Shown here: positions 1 to 8,226 of the stretch, piece by piece
How the letters are laid out: each line of letters opens with the position of its first letter
How positions within the stretch are numbered: the stretch's first letter is position 1
NCBI GenBank assembly: GCA_001787755.1
Contig: MFYJ01000007.1
Location: 76,946 to 140,945, forward strand
Reading direction: 5' to 3'
Origin: Candidatus Peribacteria bacterium RIFOXYB1_FULL_54_35
GTDB lineage: Bacteria; Patescibacteriota; Gracilibacteria; Peribacterales; Peribacteraceae
DNA length: 64,000 bases
Notes under the pieces: generated by a model
Databases searched by the model: none
Seen by the model: only the letters and a program-made list of their open reading frames with translations
What the model was told of the DNA's origin: nothing
Translations under genes and position numbers: made by a program

Positions 1-1
1 G

Positions 2-253
2 GGCGCGGCAGACGGCAATGCTGCTGCTCGAGGCCGCAGCAGCGGCAACGGCGCGTTTGCGCAGGAGGTGCACTCCGTCACCATTCATGCGCGTCAGCGC
101 ACTTTTTACGTGGACCTGAAGGAGTCGAGTCACGGGAAGTTCTTCAAAGTGTCCGAGAAGTCCCGTGGTGGCCAGAAGACGACCATCATGTTCGACGCCG
201 AAGACCTGGATAAGTTCATAGAGGCGTTCCAGGAGATGAAGTCGAAAGTCTAG
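2..253 (+). CDS. PUR-alpha-like nucleic-acid-binding protein (DUF3276-like), 5' end cut by window edge
   Basis: The frame stays open to base 2. The C-terminal 'RTFYVDLKESSHGKFFKVSEKSRGG..TIMFDAEDLDKFIEAF' fits the PUR-repeat pattern of bacterial DUF3276 proteins, as recalled from memory and not searched. Confidence 0.5.
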   Translation, partial: GAADGNAAARGRSSGNGAFAQEVHSVTIHARQRTFYVDLKESSHGKFFKVSEKSRGGQKTTIMFDAEDLDKFIEAFQEMKSKV

Positions 254-254
254 A

Positions 255-325
255 TGAAGAAGAGAAGAAAGAGAGGAATGGGGGCGTACCCCTTCCTTTT
301 TTTCCTCTTACTCTTCTGTTTCTTC
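255..325. terminator. bidirectional hairpin terminator between convergent genes; member of the purine-word hairpin family
   Basis: Core stem GGAA(T)GGGG-cgta-CCCCTTCC is followed by a T7 run. The outer arms gaagaagagaagaaagagagg / cctcttactcttctgtttcttc extend the pairing. The right arm overlaps the last codons (EETEE*) of the SLH gene. Confidence 0.6.
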
Positions 326-1564
326 AAACGGGATCACATATCCGTTCACATGAGGATTGCTGATCATTGTGAGGAGCAGGATCTTCGAGGCTTCTGTCCG
401 GGTGATTTGCTGCTCGGGACGGAAGGTCCCGTCCTCGTATCCTTCCACGATGGCATACTCCACAAGACGTTTCACATAGGGGGCAAACCAGGCCCCCCCG
501 GGGACATCGGAAAATTCCCTCTGTTCAAACGGTTCTTCCAACGCCTCCAACTCCGTAGCTTTGAGCAGGATTTTGAGGGCTTCGGCGCGGTTCACCGGGT
601 CATCTGGCCGGAAGGTTCCATCCTCGTATCCCTCCACGATGCCCTCGGCCACAGCCGTGTAGACGATCTCCCTGAGTTCTTTCCGCTGGCTGCTCTCCCG
701 CGGACGCGCTTTATTCACAATATCTTTGAATGTGATTGCGGCATTCTCCGTGTCTGATTGTATGGGGATACAACTGGTGAACAGTGTTATTTTGAGGAAC
801 TCGAAGCGCGTGATTTCCCGGTCGGGGAGGAAGAGGGTGGCGTTCTCGATATCGTACCCGTCCACTATTCTCCGGTAGCTGGGGAGTACCTTGGTGCGGT
901 GCAGCAGGAGCACTACCTCTTTTGCCCAGTGTTCTTCCATATCTGCGAAGTAGTTGCCTGTGCCGACGTACAGGAGGCACGGATTTTCCAACGGGTCCGA
1001 GCCCAGTTCCAGCTCTTCCGCATCCGTCGTTCCGTCATTGTCCGTGTCTGCGTTGTCTATGTTTGTCCCCTGCACGAACTCTTCGAGGTTTGTGAGGCCG
1101 TCTCCATCGTTGTCCTCATGTGCATCTGACCGCTTCTCATCGGAGAGGCCATGGGTTGCCTCGTACTCATCGGGCAGGCCGTCTCCGTCGTAGTCCGACC
1201 GGAATTCCCTGTCGAGGGGGAAGGGATCGTCGGAATCATTGATGCCGTCCCCGTCTGTATCGGGGTTGTCATCGAGCGTGCCGAGTGCCCATTCCTCCCC
1301 GTTCGTGAGCCCGTCGTTGTCGAGGTCGTATGTGAAGTCGTCGCGGCGGTCGAGGGGGTCGCGGCTGTTCTGCTTCTCTTTCCCGTCTGCTTCCCCCCCT
1401 CCGTCCGTGTCCGCATCCAGCGGATTCGTTTCTCCTTCATCAACGATCCCGTTTGTGTTGGAATCTTCTTCCGTATCCAGCAGGCCGTCCCCATCCGTAT
1501 CAGATTGCGGAACCTGGGCCATGACAATACCGATGCCGAGGAAAAGTGCGAGGAGGAAGCGCAT
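308..1564 (-). CDS. secreted protein with thrombospondin-type-3-like Ca-binding repeats and C-terminal SLH domains
   Basis: Signal peptide MRFLLALFLGIGIVMA. The N-terminal half has many DxDxDGxxD units. The C-terminal half has two units of the form 'F.D......W......V..GIVEGYEDGTFRP...(V/I)(N/T)R.EA.KILL', typical of S-layer-homology domains. Confidence 0.75.
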   Translation of the reverse strand: MRFLLALFLGIGIVMAQVPQSDTDGDGLLDTEEDSNTNGIVDEGETNPLDADTDGGGEADGKEKQNSRDPLDRRDDFTYDLDNDGLTNGEEWALGTLDDNPDTDGDGINDSDDPFPLDREFRSDYDGDGLPDEYEATHGLSDEKRSDAHEDNDGDGLTNLEEFVQGTNIDNADTDNDGTTDAEELELGSDPLENPCLLYVGTGNYFADMEEHWAKEVVLLLHRTKVLPSYRRIVDGYDIENATLFLPDREITRFEFLKITLFTSCIPIQSDTENAAITFKDIVNKARPRESSQRKELREIVYTAVAEGIVEGYEDGTFRPDDPVNRAEALKILLKATELEALEEPFEQREFSDVPGGAWFAPYVKRLVEYAIVEGYEDGTFRPEQQITRTEASKILLLTMISNPHVNGYVIPFEETEE

Positions 1565-1605
1565 CGGTTTCTAGTATGCACGGATGTCTGCCGATCTGTC
1601 ACCTG

Positions 1606-2475
1606 CTAGGGGTGGCATCCGTGTTCCCATGCTGTTGCGGTCATGGGTTTCTTCCCGGCTGGCTGAAGAGTTTTGATATAGAGAGTGGAGTTCTCTGTAC
1701 AGGGAAGGGCAAGCGCGCCTTTTTCTTCTGTGAGTGATGTTTCAAGGAGCTTCAGGGGTACCCAGTTGATATTGCAGCGTACGCCCGGCCAGGGCACGAG
1801 TGCACGGACGCAGCGGTCGATTTCTTCCGCAGACATCTTTGCAGGGTCGACATCCCCGTTCTTTCGTGTGAGCTTGGAACAGTACGTCACACCCGTTTCA
1901 TCCTGTGTGACGGGGGAGAGGGGTTTTGTGAGCGTTTCCACAAGCAATTGTGCCCCCAGGGGAGCGAGCCGGTCGTGAAGCGAAGCGAAAGTTTCCCGCT
2001 CGTCTATCGGTGTCGTGCACTGTGCGAGTATGTCTCCGGCATCGAGTGTTTCAGACATTCTCTGTACGGTGACGCCGGTTTCTGTGTCTCCTGCGAGCAG
2101 TGCGTTCTGTATAGGAGAAGCTCCGCGCCAGCGAGGCAGGAGCGATGCATGCACGTTCACGGGAGCGATGTTGGGGATCTCCAGTATCTCTTTTGAGAGG
2201 ATCTGCCCGTATGCGACTACCACGAGAAAATCACAGTCGGTGTTTTTCCAGGAGAGGTCTCTGTTGATGTTCTTTGGTTGCGTAACGCGGATCCCGTGTT
2301 TTTCAGCACAGAGCTTGACGGGAGGCGGGGTCATGACTTGTTTCCTTCCTACTGGCTTGTCTGGCTGCGAAATGACCAGTGTGACCTTGCATGCAGGGTG
2401 TGCAATGAGCGATTCGAGTGAGGGGACCGAGAACTCCGGGGTGCCGGCAAAAACGATGGAAAATCTTTCTGGCAT
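1606..2475 (-). CDS. fmt: methionyl-tRNA formyltransferase
   Basis: IVFAGTPEFSVPSLESL, VVVAYGQIL and NVHASLLPRWRGASPIQ form the formyltransferase core. Length and order match Fmt. Confidence 0.9.
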   Translation of the reverse strand: MPERFSIVFAGTPEFSVPSLESLIAHPACKVTLVISQPDKPVGRKQVMTPPPVKLCAEKHGIRVTQPKNINRDLSWKNTDCDFLVVVAYGQILSKEILEIPNIAPVNVHASLLPRWRGASPIQNALLAGDTETGVTVQRMSETLDAGDILAQCTTPIDERETFASLHDRLAPLGAQLLVETLTKPLSPVTQDETGVTYCSKLTRKNGDVDPAKMSAEEIDRCVRALVPWPGVRCNINWVPLKLLETSLTEEKGALALPCTENSTLYIKTLQPAGKKPMTATAWEHGCHP

Positions 2476-2499
2476 TACCTTCCAGTGTACACTCTCCCC

Positions 2500-2808
2500 A
2501 TGTCAAAAAGGCCCAAAATGCTCGCATCGGTCATCCGGGAAATTGTTGCGCCTGTTCTGAGAGAGTGTCCGCGGGAGTGTGGTATGGTCTCTCTGACCGA
2601 AGCGGAAGTTTCGAACGATTTCTCACATGCGACACTGTACGTGAGCGCGCTCAGAGAGCCGGATCTTGCCCTCCGTTTTCTGGAAGGGCGTCTCCCCGAA
2701 CTGCAGCGTTCGCTCGGGCAGCTCCACCGTAAGCGCATCCCGATACTTCGGTTCCGGAAAGATCTGAGGACAGAGCGAGGAATCCGTATCGAAGAGCTGC
2801 TGCAGTGA
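2500..2808 (+). CDS. rbfA: ribosome-binding factor A
   Basis: ASVIREIVAPVL, VSLTEAEVSNDFSHATLYVS and IPILRFRKD match RbfA. The ORF opens at GTG 2485, but ATG 2500 (MSKRPK) is preferred. Confidence 0.85.
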   Translation: MSKRPKMLASVIREIVAPVLRECPRECGMVSLTEAEVSNDFSHATLYVSALREPDLALRFLEGRLPELQRSLGQLHRKRIPILRFRKDLRTERGIRIEELLQ

Positions 2809-2836
2809 AGGAAACAGAAGCAACAGAAGAGTGATA
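2809..2836. repeat. half-copy of the GAAACAGA(A/G)G purine-word element directly after the rbfA stop
   Basis: gaaggaaacagaagcaacagaagagtga shares the gaaacagaagagt word string with the elements at 52678 and 255. Confidence 0.5.
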
Positions 2837-2932
2837 CCCCTTCGCGTTTAAAACGTTATCAATGGATTGCAGATACGTGGCAGGAGTTCTTGGCTCAGGT
2901 AAACGCTACCTGCCTGCCGGCAGGCAGGGTAC

Positions 2933-3060
2933 CCTCCTCCGCCTGCGGGCTTCCCACTTCGCTCTTCGAGCTTCGAGGGACAGGTCAGGCGGGCAGGCGA
3001 GAGGAGAAAGTATCTGGTTCTCTGAATAGTTGTCTTTTAGTTGCAACTTGGTATGAGAGG
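2933..3060 (+). repeat. intergenic module 1: GC-rich long hairpin plus ~62-nt conserved tail (candidate ncRNA or regulatory unit)
   Basis: cctcctccgcctgc..gcaggcgagaggag hairpin, then gagaggagaaagtatctggtt..cttggtatgagagg. The tail is about 80% identical by eye to the tail of module 2. Confidence 0.4.
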
Positions 3061-3135
3061 AAACAGAGGAGAAAATCCTGTTTTCCAACGAGGAAGGATG
3101 AACGCGTCATCTTTGTTCGACAGAGTGCTGTCATA

Positions 3136-3256
3136 CTCCTTCGCCCCTCGTCCTATCCCGGGCGTCTCAGGGAGACGAGGGGCTACGGAGCACGAGAGGA
3201 GGGAGTATCTGGTTGGCTGGAATGGTCGTCTTTCATTTGCATCTTGGTATCAGAAG
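3136..3256 (+). repeat. intergenic module 2: GC-rich hairpin plus conserved tail
   Basis: ctccttcgcccctcgtc..gacgaggggctacggag hairpin, then gagaggagggagtatctggtt..cttggtatcagaag. It lies about 70 nt upstream of the nrnA start. Confidence 0.4.
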
Positions 3257-3327
3257 ACACCTTGTTCTTTCCTGCAAGACTACAGTGTTGCCCGTAGAAA
3301 TTCCTGCAAACTACAATAACCCCCTTT

Positions 3328-4302
3328 ATGGCAATCTCCTTTCAGGACGCGAGGAAGGCACAGACAATTTTCGAGAAGGCACAACGGATACTATGCATGT
3401 GCCATCGCAACCCGGACGGTGATGCGGTGGGGTCGTCGCTTGGGATGGGTATGCTCCTTGAGAAGATGTATCCCGGGAAGCCCGTCTTCTTTCTCTGTGA
3501 GGACCCCGCGCCAGACACATTCAGTATCCTTCCCAATGTCCAGCGCATGCAGGGGCTGCCGGAGCTGAAAGGAGGAGATACCATCGTATTCCTCGACTGC
3601 GCGGAGCCCAAGCAGACGGGACTCCATGAAACGCATCCCCAACTCTTCGATAAAACATACCTCACGATCAATATTGATCACCATCCTACGAACACCCGGT
3701 TTGCAGATCTCAACTTCATTGTCCCGGATGCAGCTTCCTCCTGCGAGATTGTCGTAGAGCTTGCCGATATTCTCGGTTGGAAAATGAACAGTGACATTGC
3801 CACATGCCTGCTCACAGGTATGTACACCGACACAGGAGGGCTTCTCCACAGCAATACCACGGCCAAGGTCTACAGGACTGTTGCGGGACTCCTGCGTGCA
3901 GGTGCCCGCAGACAGGCCATAGTGGCTGCAGTGTTCCGCACAGCAAAATTAAGCACACTGCGGCTGTGGGGCCGTGTTCTTGAGCACATTACCCTCACGA
4001 AGGAAGGGGGAGCGATCTCTGCGATCACGCAGGGCGATTTCCGGGCAACAGGAGCGGAATACAGCGAGCTGACCGGTGCCATTGATTACGTGAATGCCGT
4101 GCCTGGCATGCGTTTCTCGCTCATCCTCTCCGAGAGGGATGGTATTGTGAAGGGGTCACTGCGCACACTCCGTGATGATGTGGATGTGGCGAAAATGGCG
4201 AGCAAATTCAGCGGGGGAGGGCACCGTAAAGCGGCGGGGTTCTCCGTGCCCGGAACCCTGCAGCCTGAAGTGCGCTGGAAGGTGGTAGAACCATCCAAGT
4301 GA
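3328..4302 (+). CDS. nrnA: DHH/DHHA1 phosphoesterase (NrnA-type oligoribonuclease/pAp phosphatase)
   Basis: HRNPDGDAVGSSLG, NIDHHPTN and the DHHA1 motif GGGHRKAAGF. The rbfA-nrnA neighbourhood is common. Confidence 0.8.
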   Translation: MAISFQDARKAQTIFEKAQRILCMCHRNPDGDAVGSSLGMGMLLEKMYPGKPVFFLCEDPAPDTFSILPNVQRMQGLPELKGGDTIVFLDCAEPKQTGLHETHPQLFDKTYLTINIDHHPTNTRFADLNFIVPDAASSCEIVVELADILGWKMNSDIATCLLTGMYTDTGGLLHSNTTAKVYRTVAGLLRAGARRQAIVAAVFRTAKLSTLRLWGRVLEHITLTKEGGAISAITQGDFRATGAEYSELTGAIDYVNAVPGMRFSLILSERDGIVKGSLRTLRDDVDVAKMASKFSGGGHRKAAGFSVPGTLQPEVRWKVVEPSK

Positions 4303-4319
4303 GCCGAGAGAGCGGCCTC

Positions 4320-7034
4320 TTACTGGTCAAGTTTCTCTTCCTCCGGTTCTTCCTCTTTCCTCTTCTTGAGGATTGTGTTTTCCTTTGACTTCTCTGCGAT
4401 AGGAGCTGCTGTCTTCTTCGGTTCGCTTAGTACTCCAGCACTGCGTGCAGTAGGCGCCGGTGTGTTGTCTACGGGGTCTATTGCATCGAAAGGATCCTCC
4501 GGCAGGGGCTCGTCCTTCACGGGTGCTGATGGCGGAAGAGCTGTTTGGACAGAAAGCTTCGTTGGGACGGCAGGTTTTTCCTGCGTTTCTTTTGGCGGGG
4601 GGATTGTGGTGTCTTCTTCATCCATGGGGTCTATGGCATCGAACGGATCCTCCAGTGCTTCCTCCTGCATATCTTTCTCTGCAGTCTGAAGATCCGGCGA
4701 CCGGCCGGTGGCTGGAGAATTAGCTGGTTGTTCCTTCTGCGTCCCCTTTCCTGCTACCTCGCCTCTGCTTGGCATCGTTTCTTTTCCTCCTTCCGTTCTC
4801 TCTGCTTTTGCCGTCTGCTCTTCTTCCATCTGCTTCTGGATGAGTTCTGCCTCCTTGTCGGTGCCGCTGCTGGCTCTCCTTGGTGCCTTTGCTTCCACTA
4901 TTGGGTTTTCCTCCATTGTTTTCTGCGGGTGATGCCCAAGTGCTACAGCGAGTTTTTTCTTCTTCGCCTCCAGTTTGAATTCTTCCTGAGCGTTGAGCTT
5001 CTGTTCAGGTGGTTTTCCATGCTTTACGGTCTTCTCGTCTTCTTGCTTGCTTTCCGGTTCCTCCTTCTCTGGCTCTTTCGCCTTTTCCGCCGTTCTTACT
5101 GCTTCATCTTTCTCTTTTTTTGCGGCGAGCACTTCTTCCGGCTTCGTGGTGATGACTTCCGACTCTTCGGGGCTTGCAACGACCTGTATTGCCACATGTT
5201 TGTTCCCGGCGAAGAAGAGGCCCTGTCCCACTTCAGAGTTCAGGAGGAGGTACTTCTCCCCGTCCGTGAGGTAGAAGAGCTTCTGCAGGTTGTCGACTGC
5301 TGTGGGGGACTGTTTCAGGAGTATCTGCAGCTGGGCGTTGGTGACGATGGGTTTTCCGTACGGCGAGTTCACGAAGTCTTCCACGTCCTGCGTGATGGTG
5401 GTGACGCCGAGGTAGTACTTTCGCGCGCGCTTGATGAGCCCATACAGGAACTTTGCGGAATCATCGTACTGCATGAGGTTCCATGCCTCGTCGATGACGA
5501 GGAACCGGCGTTTCATATCTGCGCGGATGCGGTTCCACAGGAAGTTGAGCACCACGTACATTGCCACAGGGCGCAGCGCATCCTCGAGATCCCGGATCTG
5601 GAAGACGACAAGCTGGTTTTCCAGTTCCACGTTCGTTTGCTTATCGAAGAGTCCCGCGTAGCTTCCTTCGGTGAACTTCATGAGAGTTTGTGCCATGTTC
5701 TCTCCGCCGTCCGTTGTCATGAGCACGTCGACGAGCTCATGCATTGTCGGCAGTTCTTTCTCCGTGTAATCCTTTGAATCCAGTGTGATGTCCTTGAGCG
5801 CGTAGGTATCCAGAATCGCTTTGTCCAGTATGCCGTCCTCTGAGGGGGTCAGTGTTCCGAGCATGAGCTTGAAGAGCCCGTGGAGCGTAATGACAGCTGC
5901 CCGGAGCACTTCACCGGGTCTTGCTTCCTCTCCACGGACTGCCTTTGGGAGATCGAAGGGGTTAATGCTGTTGCTACTCTGCAGTGACACGGGGATGAAC
6001 GTGCCGCCCACCGTTCCTGCGAGGTTCACATATTCGTTCTCCGGGTCGATGATGAATACTTCTGTTCCGAACATCATCGAACGGAGGATCTCCAGTTTCA
6101 CTGTGAAAGATTTACCTGCGCCCGATGTGGCGAATACCGTCGCATTGGCGTTGGCGAGGTCAAACCGGTCGAAAATCACCAAGCTGTCATTGTGACGGTT
6201 GATGCCGTACATAATTCCGTGGTCATCCGTGAGGTCGGAGCTCGTGAACGGGAAACTCGTCGCGAGCGGACTCGTATTCATGTTACGGGTGATCTCGATC
6301 TCATCCTGGCAGAAGGGGAGTGTGCTGATCCATGCATGTTCCATCTGGAACATTGCGGGTTTTGTCATCACGAGCTTCCCGCCGAGCAGAGATTCCAGAT
6401 CTGCTTCCAATTTCTTGAGTGTTTCCTCGTCCTCGCTGTAGACGGTGACATACATGCCGAACTGGTACAGTTTCTCCTGGCCGCGTGCGAGCAGATCCCG
6501 CAGTTCTTCCGCGTCCTGGAGTGCGGCTTCCAGGCCAGGATCACGCACAATGCCACGTTGTTCCAACATGCGGATGGACGACCGCATTTCTGCTACCTTC
6601 TTCCGCAGCATTTTCATGATCGCTTTGTTGCTAATGGGGTAGATGAAATGGGCGATGTCCATCTCTGCGTCGTAGTTGATGGTCGGGGAAAGCCAGTTCG
6701 GGAAAATATAGCTCGGCCAGTTGTATACGAAGTACGTCCGTGCATGGAGATTGTTGAGTATGACTTCATTACGCCGAACCTCCATGCCCGCCGGCGCAAT
6801 GAGATCCAGCGTTTTCTGAATCCCTTCTTCGTAGTGCTTGAGCGCGAGGAGTTCTTCTGCTGAGAGGGTACTTTTGCTCATGTGGCTCCGGGCCGAGACT
6901 GCCGCGTTCTGCGGAGCACTCTTCAGTCCCAGGAGCTCGTCGAGCGCGGCCATGAGAGAATTTTTGCGCTTCTGCTGCTTGGATTTCTTCTCCAGCTCTT
7001 TCTTGACGTTTTGTATGGGTGTAGTTTCAGCCAT
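4320..7034 (-). CDS. VirB4/TrsE-family type IV secretion ATPase with long disordered C-terminal tail
   Basis: Walker A 'ATSGAGKSFT' and Walker B-like 'RFLVIDEAWNLM'. The N-terminal region resembles Gram-positive conjugation VirB4 proteins. The last ~270 aa are E/K/P-rich and carry two EDPFDAIDP motifs. Confidence 0.8.
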   Translation of the reverse strand: MAETTPIQNVKKELEKKSKQQKRKNSLMAALDELLGLKSAPQNAAVSARSHMSKSTLSAEELLALKHYEEGIQKTLDLIAPAGMEVRRNEVILNNLHARTYFVYNWPSYIFPNWLSPTINYDAEMDIAHFIYPISNKAIMKMLRKKVAEMRSSIRMLEQRGIVRDPGLEAALQDAEELRDLLARGQEKLYQFGMYVTVYSEDEETLKKLEADLESLLGGKLVMTKPAMFQMEHAWISTLPFCQDEIEITRNMNTSPLATSFPFTSSDLTDDHGIMYGINRHNDSLVIFDRFDLANANATVFATSGAGKSFTVKLEILRSMMFGTEVFIIDPENEYVNLAGTVGGTFIPVSLQSSNSINPFDLPKAVRGEEARPGEVLRAAVITLHGLFKLMLGTLTPSEDGILDKAILDTYALKDITLDSKDYTEKELPTMHELVDVLMTTDGGENMAQTLMKFTEGSYAGLFDKQTNVELENQLVVFQIRDLEDALRPVAMYVVLNFLWNRIRADMKRRFLVIDEAWNLMQYDDSAKFLYGLIKRARKYYLGVTTITQDVEDFVNSPYGKPIVTNAQLQILLKQSPTAVDNLQKLFYLTDGEKYLLLNSEVGQGLFFAGNKHVAIQVVASPEESEVITTKPEEVLAAKKEKDEAVRTAEKAKEPEKEEPESKQEDEKTVKHGKPPEQKLNAQEEFKLEAKKKKLAVALGHHPQKTMEENPIVEAKAPRRASSGTDKEAELIQKQMEEEQTAKAERTEGGKETMPSRGEVAGKGTQKEQPANSPATGRSPDLQTAEKDMQEEALEDPFDAIDPMDEEDTTIPPPKETQEKPAVPTKLSVQTALPPSAPVKDEPLPEDPFDAIDPVDNTPAPTARSAGVLSEPKKTAAPIAEKSKENTILKKRKEEEPEEEKLDQ

Positions 7035-7115
7035 GGGAGAGGGAATGCACGGACAGTAAAATCATTCTATTGTACCAGAAATAGAGTTTTAGGGCAATCT
7101 GTGGATATACTCTGC

Positions 7116-7988
7116 CTACTTCTTTTGGATGAATTCGGACCCGAAGACATCGTCGTTCTCGCCGCTTTTTGATTTGCTGCGGCGGAATGGCTTCCCCTGG
7201 TCGAGAATCCCTAAGTCTTCTATACCTGGCACATCCAGTACCCGGAGGCCTGCAATGAGCACTTCGCGATTGTTTCCAATAGCTGTCAACCTCTCCTCTG
7301 CTATTTCCAGCAGCTCGTCGAAGCGGTCCAGGACATCTTTCGCCTGGTCAAGTTTCGCTTCTGTCTGGGCAAGCTGAGCTTGGGCTCCGGTAAGTTGTTC
7401 CTGTACGGTGGCTGCGCGGCCATAGTCCTCATTCCTGAGGATTTTCCGGAGGGAAGATTCCAGTTCCCGCACAGTGGATCGTTCCTCTTTCACTTGTGTG
7501 CTGAAGGAGTCAGTTTGCTGTTCTAATTCCTTCTGCTTCCGCACAGAAATGTTTCCAATTCCCTGGAGAGTTTCTATGTACGTGTCCAGTGCTTCTCCCC
7601 GGTTGCCGGACCTATTCAACATGTCGGCGATATCCACTTGGAGCACTGTTCCGAGTTCCTGCAGGAGGGCGAATGTTTCGCTCGTTGCGGGGAGCGATTG
7701 GCCTGTGAGTAGCCGTTGCTGTGACTGGATGCCGATCATTGCGGCCTGGACAGAGACAAATGCCCCCTGTGCGAGGTAGCTGCTCGTAAAAATACCCATG
7801 GTAGGACTGGGACGAGTGGCATGCGGGAGTTTCTGAGCTCTGTTTGCGAGGACGTACGAGGAAGCAACTCCCAGCTGGGGACTGAAAACTCTGAGCGGTT
7901 CCTCTGCCGTCTCTGCATTTTTTGCTTCGCTACTGCAGGCAGAGAGGAGTAAACCAACGCATAGTGCGGATGCAGCGATCCTTTTCAT
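7116..7988 (-). CDS. coiled-coil lipoprotein, unknown function
   Basis: MKRIAASALCVGLLLSAC lipobox at ATG 7988; ATGs at 8012 and 8033 are alternatives. The rest is Q/E/L-rich with heptad character. Same strand as, and directly upstream of, the VirB4-like gene. Confidence 0.5.
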   Translation of the reverse strand: MKRIAASALCVGLLLSACSSEAKNAETAEEPLRVFSPQLGVASSYVLANRAQKLPHATRPSPTMGIFTSSYLAQGAFVSVQAAMIGIQSQQRLLTGQSLPATSETFALLQELGTVLQVDIADMLNRSGNRGEALDTYIETLQGIGNISVRKQKELEQQTDSFSTQVKEERSTVRELESSLRKILRNEDYGRAATVQEQLTGAQAQLAQTEAKLDQAKDVLDRFDELLEIAEERLTAIGNNREVLIAGLRVLDVPGIEDLGILDQGKPFRRSKSKSGENDDVFGSEFIQKK

Positions 7989-8226
7989 CGGATCATTGTA
8001 CCGTTTTTTCATCTGTATAACAATAGAGTTCAATATTTGGGACTATTGAGCACAAAAGTTGTCTGAGATTAGGGTGGACAAACGTGCACACATTTTGTGT
8101 TCAAACAATGAGTAGATTATGTGAGCAAGATCAAATTTTGTTTTCAAGTGGCATGAGTTAGTTTCAGTGCTACATTTGGCCTTGTTCTCTGAGTATTTCT
8201 TTTGTTCAGCATTCGATTTTTCACGG

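Noticed and set aside
2978-2995. gacaggtcaggcgggcag, reminiscent of SRP RNA domain IV (CAGGUCAGG)
   Set aside because: It lacks the GNRA tetraloop and the AGCAGC strand of the symmetric and asymmetric loops. It is most likely a chance match inside a GC hairpin.
8067-8087. gattagggtggacaaacgtgc upstream of argS, resembling the T-box core (AGGGTGGnACCGCG)
   Set aside because: The match is partial, with no CCGCG. It sits at the 5' rather than the 3' end of the 190-nt leader. There is no room for Stem I and no terminator/antiterminator pair downstream.
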